Shown: positions 1-9,326 of the stretch, piece by piece
Numbering within the stretch: position 1 is the stretch's first letter
How the letters are laid out: every line of letters begins with the position of its first letter
Virus record (IMG/VR): IMGVR_UViG_3300042558_003926
Coordinates: 186,001 to 250,000 of that record
Strand: one strand, 5' to 3'
Length of the DNA: 64,000 nt
Translations under genes and position numbers: made by a program
Notes under the pieces: generated by a model
What the model was told of the DNA's origin: nothing
The model's input: only the letters and a program-made list of their open reading frames with translations
Databases searched by the model: none

Positions 1-1592
1 TTTAGATCATACATACCACCAGCGATTAAAGCAGATCCTAGGAAAGGTGTTTTATAAACTTGCCCATATGATATTGTCCCCATATAAACTGCCTTCAGAT
101 TCGGTATCTTCGGGAACATAAACATTTGACCTCCTGCTAATGTTCCGTAAATAGAACCTCTTCCTTCAAATCCTACCGATAATGTTCCAGATAAAAGACC
201 AACACTTTTCTTATTTATCCATGCATGATATCCAGTTAGATTTGGCCCTTTCTGAGCAGATACGTAGTCTAGTAAACCCCCACGAGCAGTTTCTCCATCC
301 CATCTCATATTGTGATACCCACCTGTTAATTTTAGTCCTGTTCTGACTTCAGAATTTTGAAAATTAAATCCAACAAAATCACTTGATGCTATTACAGTAG
401 GCTTACCCCCATCCTTATTTTGATTTATAGTCTTCGTAGCTCCCTGTGTAATATTTGTTTGCCCACCTTGTTCTTCTTGAGGTTTCGTCGTTTCCTCCGA
501 ATTTGTAGTGTTTCCATTTTCATTAGGAGATCCACTATTTGAATTTCCACCGGAGTTAGAGTTGCTATTTGTTGAATTGGTAGGAGTAGGAGTAGGAGTA
601 GGATTACCGTTAGTTATTCCCTGATTCGTTTCTCCTTTTTCCCCTTGCCCGGAAGTACTAGACCCCATATTGCCATTCCCGACAGAGCCGCTAGGATTAT
701 TATTGACAGTGCTATTGATATTAGTTCCATTGGTATTTGAATTTTGATTATTTACAGACGGCAAAGTCTGTGTATTTCCATTTTCATTTGATCCATTTTG
801 AGCTGCATTGCTTCCTGTTGGTGTCTCACCTTGAGCTCCAGCATTTGAACCAGAGGTTCCAATTCCTCCATTGTTTGAGCCTCCTTCATTTGATCCAGAA
901 GTGGCTTGATTTCCTCCATTAGTGTTACCTGTTCCATTAGTTCCATTTTGATTATTTGATGCGGTGCTATTGGAGATTCCCCCTGAATTTGAATTTGTAC
1001 CGGTGCTATTGCTTGTACTGGTCTCTGAGTTATTATTAGGATTTAAGTTACTGTTTGAACTTCCCGCATTATTTGTAGATCCGCCGGCATTAGTTCCACT
1101 ATTTACAGTTCCTGAAGCCGTCTGCTGAGAATTAGCATTCCCACCGTTATTATTCTTTTTATCCCCTTTTTTTTCCCGTGTATTTGATGAATTTGATGCT
1201 GCTGTTAAAGTTCCACTTAAAAAATCAGTAGCACCATTAGATAAATCCATGAGGGAAGAAAGAGAGTTAATTATACTTATAGTATTAAGAGCAACATCCT
1301 GAGCCATGTTTATCTGGCCGCCAAGTCCAATTATCTCAGAGCATGGAGATCCATTATATTGGGAAAATATATTATTAGCCCATGATTCAAAATTCCCATT
1401 GGAGAAGTCCTGCTGTGAAAAATTACCAATAAATCCATAGTATCCCACAGTAACAGTACCGTTTATTGGTACTATTAGATTTTTAATATTGCCAGTACAT
1501 GGATCAGTGTAAGAATAATTATACGTTTGCGCATTTGTTTTTAAAAAAGCAAACACCAAAAAAAATAAAGATATAGAAATTCTTATTCTCAC
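1..1592 (-). CDS. Secreted protein (partial, runs off the left edge): signal peptide, N-terminal domain, long Asn/Gly/Ser/Thr-rich linker, C-terminal beta-strand-rich (possible outer-membrane barrel) region
   Basis: Absent from the ORF track because it has no stop in the window. Hand translation from GTG at 1592 (overlaps the upstream TGA) gives MRIRISISLFFLVFAFLKTNAQTYNYSYTDPCTG..., then low-complexity NSG repeats and PTPTPTP, then alternating strands such as GLKLTGGYHNMRWDG and YGTLAGGQMF. I spot-read the start and end rather than checking every codon. Confidence 0.8.
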   Translation of the reverse strand, partial: MRIRISISLFFLVFAFLKTNAQTYNYSYTDPCTGNIKNLIVPINGTVTVGYYGFIGNFSQQDFSNGNFESWANNIFSQYNGSPCSEIIGLGGQINMAQDVALNTISIINSLSSLMDLSNGATDFLSGTLTAASNSSNTREKKGDKKNNNGGNANSQQTASGTVNSGTNAGGSTNNAGSSNSNLNPNNNSETSTSNSTGTNSNSGGISNSTASNNQNGTNGTGNTNGGNQATSGSNEGGSNNGGIGTSGSNAGAQGETPTGSNAAQNGSNENGNTQTLPSVNNQNSNTNGTNINSTVNNNPSGSVGNGNMGSSTSGQGEKGETNQGITNGNPTPTPTPTNSTNSNSNSGGNSNSGSPNENGNTTNSEETTKPQEEQGGQTNITQGATKTINQNKDGGKPTVIASSDFVGFNFQNSEVRTGLKLTGGYHNMRWDGETARGGLLDYVSAQKGPNLTGYHAWINKKSVGLLSGTLSVGFEGRGSIYGTLAGGQMFMFPKIPNLKAVYMGTISYGQVYKTPFLGSALIAGGMYDL

Positions 1593-2332
1593 CTTGGAAA
1601 TATCCCTTTCGATATAAGCCTAGTTACAACTCTTGATGAAGCTGTTTCTAAAGCTTTCTTTGTTGATATACCAACAGTAGATTGATTAAACTTCACATCA
1701 TCGCTAATGTCACCCAATATAGAAGATGTCTTGATTGTTACAGCTTCTCCCAGACCAGATCCAACTATAACCTGACTTGTTTCTGCATCAACGAATTTAA
1801 TCTGCAATCCTAATCTTGTAGTCTGATTTACTGTTTGCTGTCCATTTACCTTAATTATCTCATCTTCAGATACACTAAAGTCATAAACCTCTATATAAAC
1901 AAAATATTTAGCTAAAACCACATTACCTTTAACTTCAATCTTGTTCGAAGACACACCTTTATCTGAAGCCTTGTCCTGTGCGATCATCCTCTGCTTGATG
2001 TCTTCCTTTTCTTCGGTGAATATGAATCTGTTGGTATATTCTAGATACTCGATAACAATATTAGTTACACCAAGACCAACTCGTTTGTCTTTTAATTCTG
2101 GGTATAGATCATACAGTTCTTCGTTAATTCCGATTTTTAATAATTGTATTGGAACTTGTACTGATCCATCGTAATCAGCAACAGAATCTATCGATTGCTT
2201 CTTTTCAAAATCAGCAACGTACTGTTCTGTTTTAACAGAACCTATACCCCCTCCATTTTGAGGGGGTTGGGCCTGTAAGGTTTTACAGCTGAATAAGCTT
2301 AATATTAATGTTACAAATATTATATTTTTCAT
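1589..2332 (-). CDS. CsgG/HfaB-family lipoprotein
   Basis: Probable start at MKNIIFVTLILSLFSC (lipobox-like LFSC). The body RVGLGVTNIVIEYLEYTNRFIFTEE...VYDFSVSED...LGLQIKFVDAETSQVIVGSGLGEA fits the CsgG-like fold as I recognise it. Confidence 0.7.
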   Translation of the reverse strand: MKNIIFVTLILSLFSCKTLQAQPPQNGGGIGSVKTEQYVADFEKKQSIDSVADYDGSVQVPIQLLKIGINEELYDLYPELKDKRVGLGVTNIVIEYLEYTNRFIFTEEKEDIKQRMIAQDKASDKGVSSNKIEVKGNVVLAKYFVYIEVYDFSVSEDEIIKVNGQQTVNQTTRLGLQIKFVDAETSQVIVGSGLGEAVTIKTSSILGDISDDVKFNQSTVGISTKKALETASSRVVTRLISKGIFPR

Positions 2333-2334
2333 TA

Positions 2335-2982
2335 TTATTCTTCTATTTGGCTTCTTAATAATCCGCATTCTTGACATTCTTCGAATCCGTCTCCGTCTGC
2401 GTCTCCCCAAACATGTTCGCAATTTCTATGCTCGAAATATTCATCGATATCACCGTCTCCGTCTGTGTCGTATCCATCATTTATACCGTCTCCGTCTTCA
2501 TCAACTTCAGATTTTTGGAATTCCTCTGCAATAGGTTCTTCTATTATTGTCTCCTCTACTGCTGAAGGGTATTCAACTTCTGGTTCTTTGACGTAAACTT
2601 CCTCTACGACACTAGTTTTTTTTTCTCCTAAATGAGAGTCATCAGCTACATTAGAAATGCTTACTCCGTCTTCCTCGTCAACTTTTTGGATTAGCATTTT
2701 ATCTCGGTCTTCTGAGTTGAACCAGTAATCTACCACCTTATTCAAGTTACCTACAAAGGCTCCTAATAGGATCAATAACATTTCTTTCCAATCTTCTCCT
2801 ATAGTCTTACCAAAGAATACACCCGCATTAATACCCAATATGATAAGGGTAAATAATCCTAATACGATTGCTGTTATTCTCCATCTGTTTGCTTGCATTT
2901 GTTGAAGCATATAGTAGAATCTATTTTTATCTTCTACTTTTACGTAATCTGTTTTGCTGCTAAAGAATTTTTTAATTGCCAT
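2335..2982 (-). CDS. Membrane protein (2 TM) with acidic tail, DxDGDG Ca-binding-like motifs and terminal Cys/His cluster; holin candidate
   Basis: Two hydrophobic segments ending ...NKVVDYWFNSE, then DEDGDGINDGYDTDGDGDID and CEHVW...CQEC. It lies in the endolysin operon. Confidence 0.5.
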   Translation of the reverse strand: MAIKKFFSSKTDYVKVEDKNRFYYMLQQMQANRWRITAIVLGLFTLIILGINAGVFFGKTIGEDWKEMLLILLGAFVGNLNKVVDYWFNSEDRDKMLIQKVDEEDGVSISNVADDSHLGEKKTSVVEEVYVKEPEVEYPSAVEETIIEEPIAEEFQKSEVDEDGDGINDGYDTDGDGDIDEYFEHRNCEHVWGDADGDGFEECQECGLLRSQIEE

Positions 2983-3007
2983 TTTTATAATTTATTTTAT
3001 TTTTTAA

Positions 3008-3349
3008 TTACCAAGATTCCTCTTCCTTTTTAGGTTGAGTTTGGGTTGTCTGCTGAGGTGCAGGTTTTTCAATAACTCTTTCGTGTATTACTGTACCACC
3101 ACCGTTATTTTCAGTCTTTTGCTTGTTCTCTTGGTTTTGTTGTACATTTAAATTGATAACCGGTTGTTGTGCAGGAGCAGCTTGTTCAGTTTTATTTTCC
3201 TCGCTTTCTTCACCTCCACCACCAAAAATAGTAGTACTTATCCATACTCCACCTCCAGCAATTACTGTAGTTAATGTTCCGATAATTGTCTTTTTTAGTC
3301 CAGACCAAGTCCCGTCGTTGGTCTCTGGCGCATTTGTTTCTTCACTCAT
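3008..3349 (-). CDS. Small single-TM protein with Gln/Pro-rich tail
   Basis: TIIGTLTTVIAGGGVWISTTIFGG hydrophobic segment; co-directional in the operon. Confidence 0.6.
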   Translation of the reverse strand: MSEETNAPETNDGTWSGLKKTIIGTLTTVIAGGGVWISTTIFGGGGEESEENKTEQAAPAQQPVINLNVQQNQENKQKTENNGGGTVIHERVIEKPAPQQTTQTQPKKEEESW

Positions 3350-3357
3350 TTTTTATT

Positions 3358-5283
3358 TTATTTTATTTTAGCTATCTTTTCTACTATAGATGTTCCGTTC
3401 TCCGTATTTAGAGTTACGAAATATAATCCCGATTGTAATTTACCAAGATCTGTATAGTATGAAAATTGTCCGTTTGGCACCTGACCTGTTAATATAGTAG
3501 CTACCTTTCTACCTTGCAAATCTGATATGTATAACGAAGCATTTGAAGTTTCAGATAGGTTGAATGTTATCATAACATCCTTTTCAAATGGGTTAGGATA
3601 AACTAACATGGAGTTCGAGTCTATCAATTGTCCGTTAGAAATTTTCAATACCTGAAGTATACCATTTGTTGGGGTCAATGTTAAATCTTTAGAATTAGAA
3701 GAGTTACCCGCAAATTTTCTGGTAGTATATAATGGGCTCTCGTCCCATTGATTCTGTGGTTGGAGTGCTACAAATTGTAGTGTTACAACCTCATCTCCGT
3801 TTTTAAGGGTATTCTGATTATTGGTAATATCATATCCTCCCCAATCTATTTCCCCGTTATTTGGATTAATATAAGTTAACCATTGCATTGCAGAAGATGA
3901 TGAATAAACTCCCTTAAATGAAAGTAGGTCCTCGTTATATTTTAATCCAAATTGAAGTGAACTTAATTCGATGCCATTAGTTAATACCTTAACTGGTACG
4001 TTTACTAAATTTCCCTCTTGTACTGATATGTGTGGTACGTTAACTTCTATAGTAGAAGTTGGGAAATCATATTCCACTTTAGTATCGATTACATTGTAGA
4101 TTTGATTCTCTAATCCTGGAGCAGGCCCAACTATTACTTCGATTGGTGTTACACGAGCCATATTATAGCCAGTTCCATTGGCATCTCCCGGTACAGACAC
4201 GTAATAAACTACTGAATCAGGTTGACCTGGTAAAATTTCAAATGTGAAGTTTGTTGTTCCTGCTATTGATGCAGTGTAGTTAGTTGAAGATCCGTTGATT
4301 GTGTTATATTCTGATTGAGTAAAGAATTTAACGTCTTTAGTGTTATTTGGCCAAACGTTGAATCTGCCCGAGATTCTACCAAATACTCCCCAAGCGTCGG
4401 ATATTGTTACGTTGTTTGATCCATTAACATCTGCTGCATAGTAATCAAATCCTGTCATAGTACCGTTACCTAATACCCATTGGTTTATTAGCTGAGCATC
4501 CGCAGTTGAGATGATGTTACCGACTGTCATTGAATCACCTTGTACTGCTAATCTTACATCCCAATAGGTTGTATCCAGAGGAACAGATATAGCAAAGTCA
4601 CCATTTATGTCAGTAACGTATGTTGAGTGTTGTGTCCAAGTGTTACCTCCAAACGGTCTTCTCTGTAAAGCTAATGTTAAGTTCTTAGCTGGTGTTCCAG
4701 TTACGTTGGTGAATGTTCCATGGTAAGCAAAGTTTACTGGAGTAAATACACCGCCGTAATTGTGTACACTTAGTGTGGTATCCATACCGTCTTGTTTAGC
4801 AGCATACGGGGTAAAGGTCTGAGCTCCCGACCATGTCAAGTTGGATATGGAAACTAAGTTATTAAATGTAGCTGCTGGTGCATGAGTAAATGTTATTAAG
4901 AATCTCTCACCGTTTGGTATCGTATAAGTAGCACTTGAACCAGTGTAAACTAGAGTTATAGTAATGTATCCGTTTGCTGTGTTTGTTATGTACTGTAGAT
5001 CCAAGTTTGTCGGAGATCCGATCAAAGACACAGTAGCATTTGTGAAAGCTACATTATCGTAAAATACTCTAAATTGAACACCCGCAAATTTTGTAAGCGT
5101 TGTGTTTTGTAGAGTGATCTTAGCGTTTGTAGTTCCTTGAGCTGATGTTCCAATCTGATATTGAGCATCAATAATACCCCATAATCCGTTGGATGGAGCT
5201 GCCGGAACAGCCTGTGCAAAAAGGTGGTCCGTTGTTAACGAAAGCAAGCTTAAAAGCAGTGCTAAAATAATTTTGTTTTTCAT
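3358..5283 (-). CDS. T9SS cargo protein: signal peptide, cohesin-like domain, Ig-like domain, dockerin-like segment, second cohesin, T9SS type A C-terminal sorting domain
   Basis: Cohesin-like motifs (FAGVQFRVFYD; VNVPVKV...LSSLQFGLKYNEDLLSF). Dockerin-like ISTADAQLI...AADVNGSNNVTISDA. C-terminal LVYPNPFEKDVMITF...LYISDLQGRKV...LQSGLYFVTL...VEKIAKIK. Confidence 0.85.
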   Translation of the reverse strand: MKNKIILALLLSLLSLTTDHLFAQAVPAAPSNGLWGIIDAQYQIGTSAQGTTNAKITLQNTTLTKFAGVQFRVFYDNVAFTNATVSLIGSPTNLDLQYITNTANGYITITLVYTGSSATYTIPNGERFLITFTHAPAATFNNLVSISNLTWSGAQTFTPYAAKQDGMDTTLSVHNYGGVFTPVNFAYHGTFTNVTGTPAKNLTLALQRRPFGGNTWTQHSTYVTDINGDFAISVPLDTTYWDVRLAVQGDSMTVGNIISTADAQLINQWVLGNGTMTGFDYYAADVNGSNNVTISDAWGVFGRISGRFNVWPNNTKDVKFFTQSEYNTINGSSTNYTASIAGTTNFTFEILPGQPDSVVYYVSVPGDANGTGYNMARVTPIEVIVGPAPGLENQIYNVIDTKVEYDFPTSTIEVNVPHISVQEGNLVNVPVKVLTNGIELSSLQFGLKYNEDLLSFKGVYSSSSAMQWLTYINPNNGEIDWGGYDITNNQNTLKNGDEVVTLQFVALQPQNQWDESPLYTTRKFAGNSSNSKDLTLTPTNGILQVLKISNGQLIDSNSMLVYPNPFEKDVMITFNLSETSNASLYISDLQGRKVATILTGQVPNGQFSYYTDLGKLQSGLYFVTLNTENGTSIVEKIAKIK

Positions 5284-5336
5284 GATCTAAAAATGTTTGT
5301 TTTGGTTGTTTTGGTTTTTTGGGTTCTTAGTAGGTA

Positions 5337-6167
5337 TTACGAGCTAAGAGCTTTGTAATATTCCTTAAAGTGTTTAATTCTATCAGCTAATCCGATTGTT
5401 CCTCCATTTACTCTTTTAGTAACTGCAGTAACAGTTGCATCATCAGCTCCTCTATCGCAAATAGACCAAAGTTTATTTGAATCAAAAAAGAATGCTGCTG
5501 AAGCTAAAGGATATTTAGTAGCAACTAGATCCGGATTTGAAACACAATCTTCTCCGATAAACTTTGTGAAATTTGTGTAGTTTGATTTTCCTGTCAATTG
5601 GATGTATCCTCTACCTCTGAACTTGAAACCTTCTTTAGATGATTCATCACCGTTACCCATTCTAGATGCGTAAACTCTGGAAGCTATCTTCTCAGGTTGG
5701 CGAGCGTATGATTCATTAAGATTACCCGGAAAATATTTTCCAAAGATTTTCTTTAGTCCATCAGCAGAATAGTTGAGATTTTCGCTAACCGCTTTGAAAC
5801 CACCAGATTCATGCCCGCACTGTGCTAAGAAGTGTGCTAGTCTCAGATTGTTTGTAATATTAAATTTCTTTGCAGTGTCTGGTATCTGGGCTAGAACTGC
5901 ATCCGGAACGTGACCTCTAAGACCCTCCAGATTTAAATTCTCCATTTTTGGAATGGATACCGGTGCTGCAGCTGGTGTATTACTTTCGCCAAACATCTTA
6001 CTCCAAGTTCCAGATCCGACAATTCCATCGGCTGTTAATCCATTGGCTGCTTGCCATTCTTTAACTTTAGCTTCTGTTCCTGCTCCAAAAGCCCCGTCTG
6101 CATTTAAACCTAATTTTTGCTGAAGTTTTTTTACATCTTCACCACTAGATCCTTTTTTTAGTAGCAT
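5337..6167 (-). CDS. Endolysin: peptidoglycan-binding domain plus GH19 muramidase/chitinase-like domain
   Basis: LKKGSSGEDVKKLQQKLGLNADGAFG (PG-binding); RLAHFLAQCGHESGGF and FRGRGYIQLTGKSNY (GH19). Confidence 0.92.
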   Translation of the reverse strand: MLLKKGSSGEDVKKLQQKLGLNADGAFGAGTEAKVKEWQAANGLTADGIVGSGTWSKMFGESNTPAAAPVSIPKMENLNLEGLRGHVPDAVLAQIPDTAKKFNITNNLRLAHFLAQCGHESGGFKAVSENLNYSADGLKKIFGKYFPGNLNESYARQPEKIASRVYASRMGNGDESSKEGFKFRGRGYIQLTGKSNYTNFTKFIGEDCVSNPDLVATKYPLASAAFFFDSNKLWSICDRGADDATVTAVTKRVNGGTIGLADRIKHFKEYYKALSS

Positions 6168-6184
6168 AATTTTTTATTTTTTTT

Positions 6185-6193
6185 CTATATATC
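6185..6193 (-). promoter_or_regulatory. Putative late promoter GATATATAG (endolysin/envelope operon)
   Basis: Recurrent motif 17 nt upstream of the ATG. Confidence 0.55.
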
Positions 6194-6274
6194 CCCCCAT
6201 AAATCGAAAACATCCCCCTATATTTTTTAATATCCGCAACTTTTTAATATGTTTGAGTTATATAAAAATAAAGG

Positions 6275-6556
6275 ATGCACGAAAAACCACTTTTACAGGA
6301 TTTTAAGGCAGAAACTGCTGGAGAGAATTGCATAAAAATAACCGTAGATCCGGATCTAAATCTGGAAGGAGCATGTTTAAAGATTCTGGGATCATCCAGA
6401 AATCTTTTGGTAACAGTTAAGCCGGTCAACCTCGTAAATGAGATATGTCTATCTACTGGCAATCCCATGTTTGTTGAGCTGGTAACTCCTTGTGGGATAT
6501 CTGTTCAATATGTAAAAGGATCTGGAAAGAATTTTTACATTCAAAATCTAAACTGA
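6275..6556 (+). CDS. Hypothetical protein
   Basis: 93-aa ORF with an ATG start filling the gap. Confidence 0.55.
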   Translation: MHEKPLLQDFKAETAGENCIKITVDPDLNLEGACLKILGSSRNLLVTVKPVNLVNEICLSTGNPMFVELVTPCGISVQYVKGSGKNFYIQNLN

Positions 6557-6606
6557 TGTCAGGATACGATCTATTCACTTTATTATTGGATAATAAGTCG
6601 ATTTAA

Positions 6607-6637
6607 TTTTTTTCCCCGAAACAGTTACTTATCTTTA
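6607..6637 (+). promoter_or_regulatory. Putative early promoter (T-run CCCCG-N11-TATCTTTA)
   Basis: One of 16 copies with an identical 11-nt spacer. Confidence 0.65.
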
Positions 6638-6656
6638 CGTTAAGAAATTGAAAAAG

Positions 6657-7094
6657 ATGACACTTAAAAAAAGAATTAACACCGATTACATGATCGCTTT
6701 CAAGGAAAGAGACATGCTAAAGAAAAATTTACTTTCCGTAATCAAAGGAGGAATTGAATTGGCAGAAAAAAATAAAAACGTACAGGATCTAAGCGACGAG
6801 GATGTAACTGCCATTCTAAACCAAGCTGCTAAGGCATCGAAGGAAACTATCGGGAAGATGGAAGATGGACAAATTAGGGATTTCGCAAAAGAGGAGCTAA
6901 AGATCATAGAAAGCTATCTACCTAAGCAAATGACCGAGGATGAGATTGTAGATAAAATCAATGAGCTTATCTCGAATGGTGCTTCCTCTACAGGAGAAAT
7001 CATGAGAGGCTTTGCTGGTCTTCCTGCTGACAGAAAGATGGTTTCCGAGATCTACCTCTCGAAAATTAATAAGCTCGAAAATAAAATCGACTAA
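6657..7094 (+). CDS. GatB/YqeY-domain protein
   Basis: AFKERDMLKKNLLSVIKGGI...ELKIIESYLPKQMTEDEI...GEIM; ATG at 6657 preferred over TTG at 6648. Confidence 0.85.
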   Translation: MTLKKRINTDYMIAFKERDMLKKNLLSVIKGGIELAEKNKNVQDLSDEDVTAILNQAAKASKETIGKMEDGQIRDFAKEELKIIESYLPKQMTEDEIVDKINELISNGASSTGEIMRGFAGLPADRKMVSEIYLSKINKLENKID

Positions 7095-7095
7095 C

Positions 7096-7200
7096 ATGGA
7101 AAATTTACATCCAGTAGCACAAGTAGTAGCTATCATAGTAATTGGTGTAATCGCTTGTGTATACTTGCTAGGCATTACAGGTTATTTTGATAAGGAATGA
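7096..7200 (+). CDS. Small membrane protein
   Basis: MENLHPVAQVVAIIVIGVIACVYLLGITGYFDKE; the stop overlaps the next start (ATGA). Confidence 0.6.
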   Translation: MENLHPVAQVVAIIVIGVIACVYLLGITGYFDKE

Positions 7201-7550
7201 GAACCTTTGTTTTCTATAAAGAGATTAGCGGCAGATGGTATGTTGACTTACCCGAATGGGAAGGAAGCAAGGACGATCTCGAGATGATTGCTGGTGCCGA
7301 CTCTTTTTTAGAAATCTTATCGCAGGGGGAAGAGGAGATATGTGTCACTCTTTCGGTTCTTGATTTCGATGGATCTGGCAAACTAGAATTGATAAAACCA
7401 GGTAGAATCGAAGGCTGGGAAATGGGCGAAGGATCTTGGTACAGATTAAACAACTATATAGGGATAGAATATGAACTGGATATGTGGCTATGTGATGTTA
7501 CTAAGTTTGTATTTGGGTATTTCCCGGAAATAATTTATTTTAAAAGATGA
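7197..7550 (+). CDS. Conserved phage hypothetical protein (DUF6717-like)
   Basis: FYKE..GRWYVDLPEWEGSKDDLEMIAGAD motif; family name recalled from memory. Confidence 0.5.
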   Translation: MRTFVFYKEISGRWYVDLPEWEGSKDDLEMIAGADSFLEILSQGEEEICVTLSVLDFDGSGKLELIKPGRIEGWEMGEGSWYRLNNYIGIEYELDMWLCDVTKFVFGYFPEIIYFKR

Positions 7551-8179
7551 GCGAAAAAGAAATAATCGTGAGAATTGAGACCCTGAAAAAATACATTAGT
7601 GAAAGCGCAGACTCGGATCCTAGAGATGCCTATGAAATCCGTCACTGGAAGATGGAGATAGCTGATCTTGAAAATGCTTTAAGCACGATTAGAGACAAGA
7701 AAAATTCTCCCGAGCCTTGGCTTAGAGCTAGTATCGAGATTACCAAGCCTATAGTTCTCATTGATATGGATGGCGTTATCTGCGATTTCGATAAGAGAGC
7801 TAAGGAATTGGAAGCTAAGGGTGTAAAGGGACACAGTCTTTTTAGACACACTGAAGCATATAAAGATCTTGAGCCAATCGAAGGAGCTATTGATGCTTGG
7901 ATCGCACTTCAGGAAAAATACGAAACCTATATCTTAAGCACACCACCGTGGAGTAATCCAGATGCATGGGCAGAGAAAAGATCATGGGTACAAAGGTATT
8001 TGGGTGACACATCTAAAAAGAAACTAATTCTTTGCCACAATAAAGGATTGGTTAAGGGGGATTTTCTTATAGATGACCGAATCGCCAACGGTGTTGCAGA
8101 TTTTAGCGGAGAACACATTCACTTCGGACAGGATAAATTTCCGGGATGGAAGGAGGTTATGACTTATTTAGGACATTGA
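7547..8179 (+). CDS. HAD-family 5'(3')-deoxyribonucleotidase (NT5C-like) with N-terminal extension
   Basis: VLIDMDGVICDF, ILSTPPW, KGDFLIDD. Confidence 0.85.
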   Translation: MSEKEIIVRIETLKKYISESADSDPRDAYEIRHWKMEIADLENALSTIRDKKNSPEPWLRASIEITKPIVLIDMDGVICDFDKRAKELEAKGVKGHSLFRHTEAYKDLEPIEGAIDAWIALQEKYETYILSTPPWSNPDAWAEKRSWVQRYLGDTSKKKLILCHNKGLVKGDFLIDDRIANGVADFSGEHIHFGQDKFPGWKEVMTYLGH

Positions 8180-8212
8180 AAACAATGTCATACCATTTAA
8201 ACAACAAGAAAA

Positions 8213-8575
8213 ATGACAAAAGAATTTGTACCCTATGAGTTGGCTTTAAAACTCAAACAACTTGGATTTGATGAACCTTGTTTTGCGTGGTATGTTAGTG
8301 AGTCATATGGTTTAGCATATGGGGAAGCGGTTAAATCCGATTTGATAAAAGATGGAATAGTTGCACCAACATTTTCACAAGCATTTAGATGGTTTAGAGA
8401 AAAACAATTTCTTATTGATGTGACAAGTCTTAATAGCGATGAATATGAGTTTTATATTAAATGGTCATTTGCATATTCATTTCTTTCAGATATCTATAAA
8501 ACCTATGAAGAAGCGGAGCTTGCTTGTCTTGACAAATTGATTGAAATTGTAGAACTTAAACAACGGGAACAATGA
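8213..8575 (+). CDS. Conserved phage hypothetical protein
   Basis: KEFVPYELALKLKQLGFDEPCFAWY...APTFSQAFRWFRE...TYEEAELACL. Confidence 0.7.
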   Translation: MTKEFVPYELALKLKQLGFDEPCFAWYVSESYGLAYGEAVKSDLIKDGIVAPTFSQAFRWFREKQFLIDVTSLNSDEYEFYIKWSFAYSFLSDIYKTYEEAELACLDKLIEIVELKQREQ

Positions 8576-8644
8576 AAGATATAAACATTCATAACAAAGA
8601 GTATTACTTGTGGCGTATTGAAAACAATTAAAATAAAATAAAAT

Positions 8645-9322
8645 ATGATTTACTTATCAATCGATCTCGAAACTACCGGTCTAGAGAAGGACAAATACCA
8701 GATTCTTTCATTCGGAGCTATCCTTGAGGACACAGAAAAAAAACTCCCTTATGATGAAATTCCTAAATTCCATGCTGCAATCTTGCACAACGAGATAACG
8801 GGATCTCCATTTGCTATGAATATGAACAAGAAGATAATAGAGGCTATTGTCCAGTACCAAACAGCAAAGGATCAGGACGAGAAAAACGATATTGTTCAGA
8901 TGACGGGCATGCAATTCTACCACGAGAGCGATTTAGTCGAAGGATTTTATCGATGGCTATATGATAATGGTGTGGTGGAATTTAACCCGGATATGCTCAA
9001 TGGTCAAATGGTCAAGCTAGAAAACGGGAAAACATATCCCATGATTACATCCAAAACGAAGCCAGTTACTATAAATGTAGCAGGAAAGAATTTTGCTTCT
9101 TTTGATAAGCATTTCGTCGATCGTCTACCGAGATGGCAGCAGCTTATAAGAATCAGGCAGAGAATAATTGACCCCGCAGTTATTTTTACAGATTGGAAAA
9201 ACGATAAGGCATTACCTGCACTTTATGATTGTAAGAAGAGAGCTAAAGTGGAGGGAGTAGTTACTCACGATGCTTTGGAAGACTCTTGGGACGTAATACA
9301 GCTTTTAAGAACCCAGTATTGA
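8645..9322 (+). CDS. DEDDh 3'-5' exonuclease
   Basis: SIDLETTG (Exo I), NFASFD (Exo II), HDALED (Exo III). Confidence 0.85.
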   Translation: MIYLSIDLETTGLEKDKYQILSFGAILEDTEKKLPYDEIPKFHAAILHNEITGSPFAMNMNKKIIEAIVQYQTAKDQDEKNDIVQMTGMQFYHESDLVEGFYRWLYDNGVVEFNPDMLNGQMVKLENGKTYPMITSKTKPVTINVAGKNFASFDKHFVDRLPRWQQLIRIRQRIIDPAVIFTDWKNDKALPALYDCKKRAKVEGVVTHDALEDSWDVIQLLRTQY

Positions 9323-9326
9323 TGGT

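Noticed and set aside
737-946. ORF-track entries 737..922 and 752..946
   Set aside because: Both are shadows within the long minus-strand ORF 1..1592.
2333-2422. Arg-rich N-terminal extension (MRTCLGRRRRRR) of the CsgG ORF
   Set aside because: It overlaps the upstream gene in another frame; the signal peptide starts at ATG 2332.
1-6167. Bacterial chromosome or prophage-host boundary suggested by T9SS, CsgG and other host-like genes
   Set aside because: The genes share the phage late-type promoter and operon with the endolysin. There is no integrase, att site or compositional break, and host-like genes are scattered singly among phage hypotheticals.
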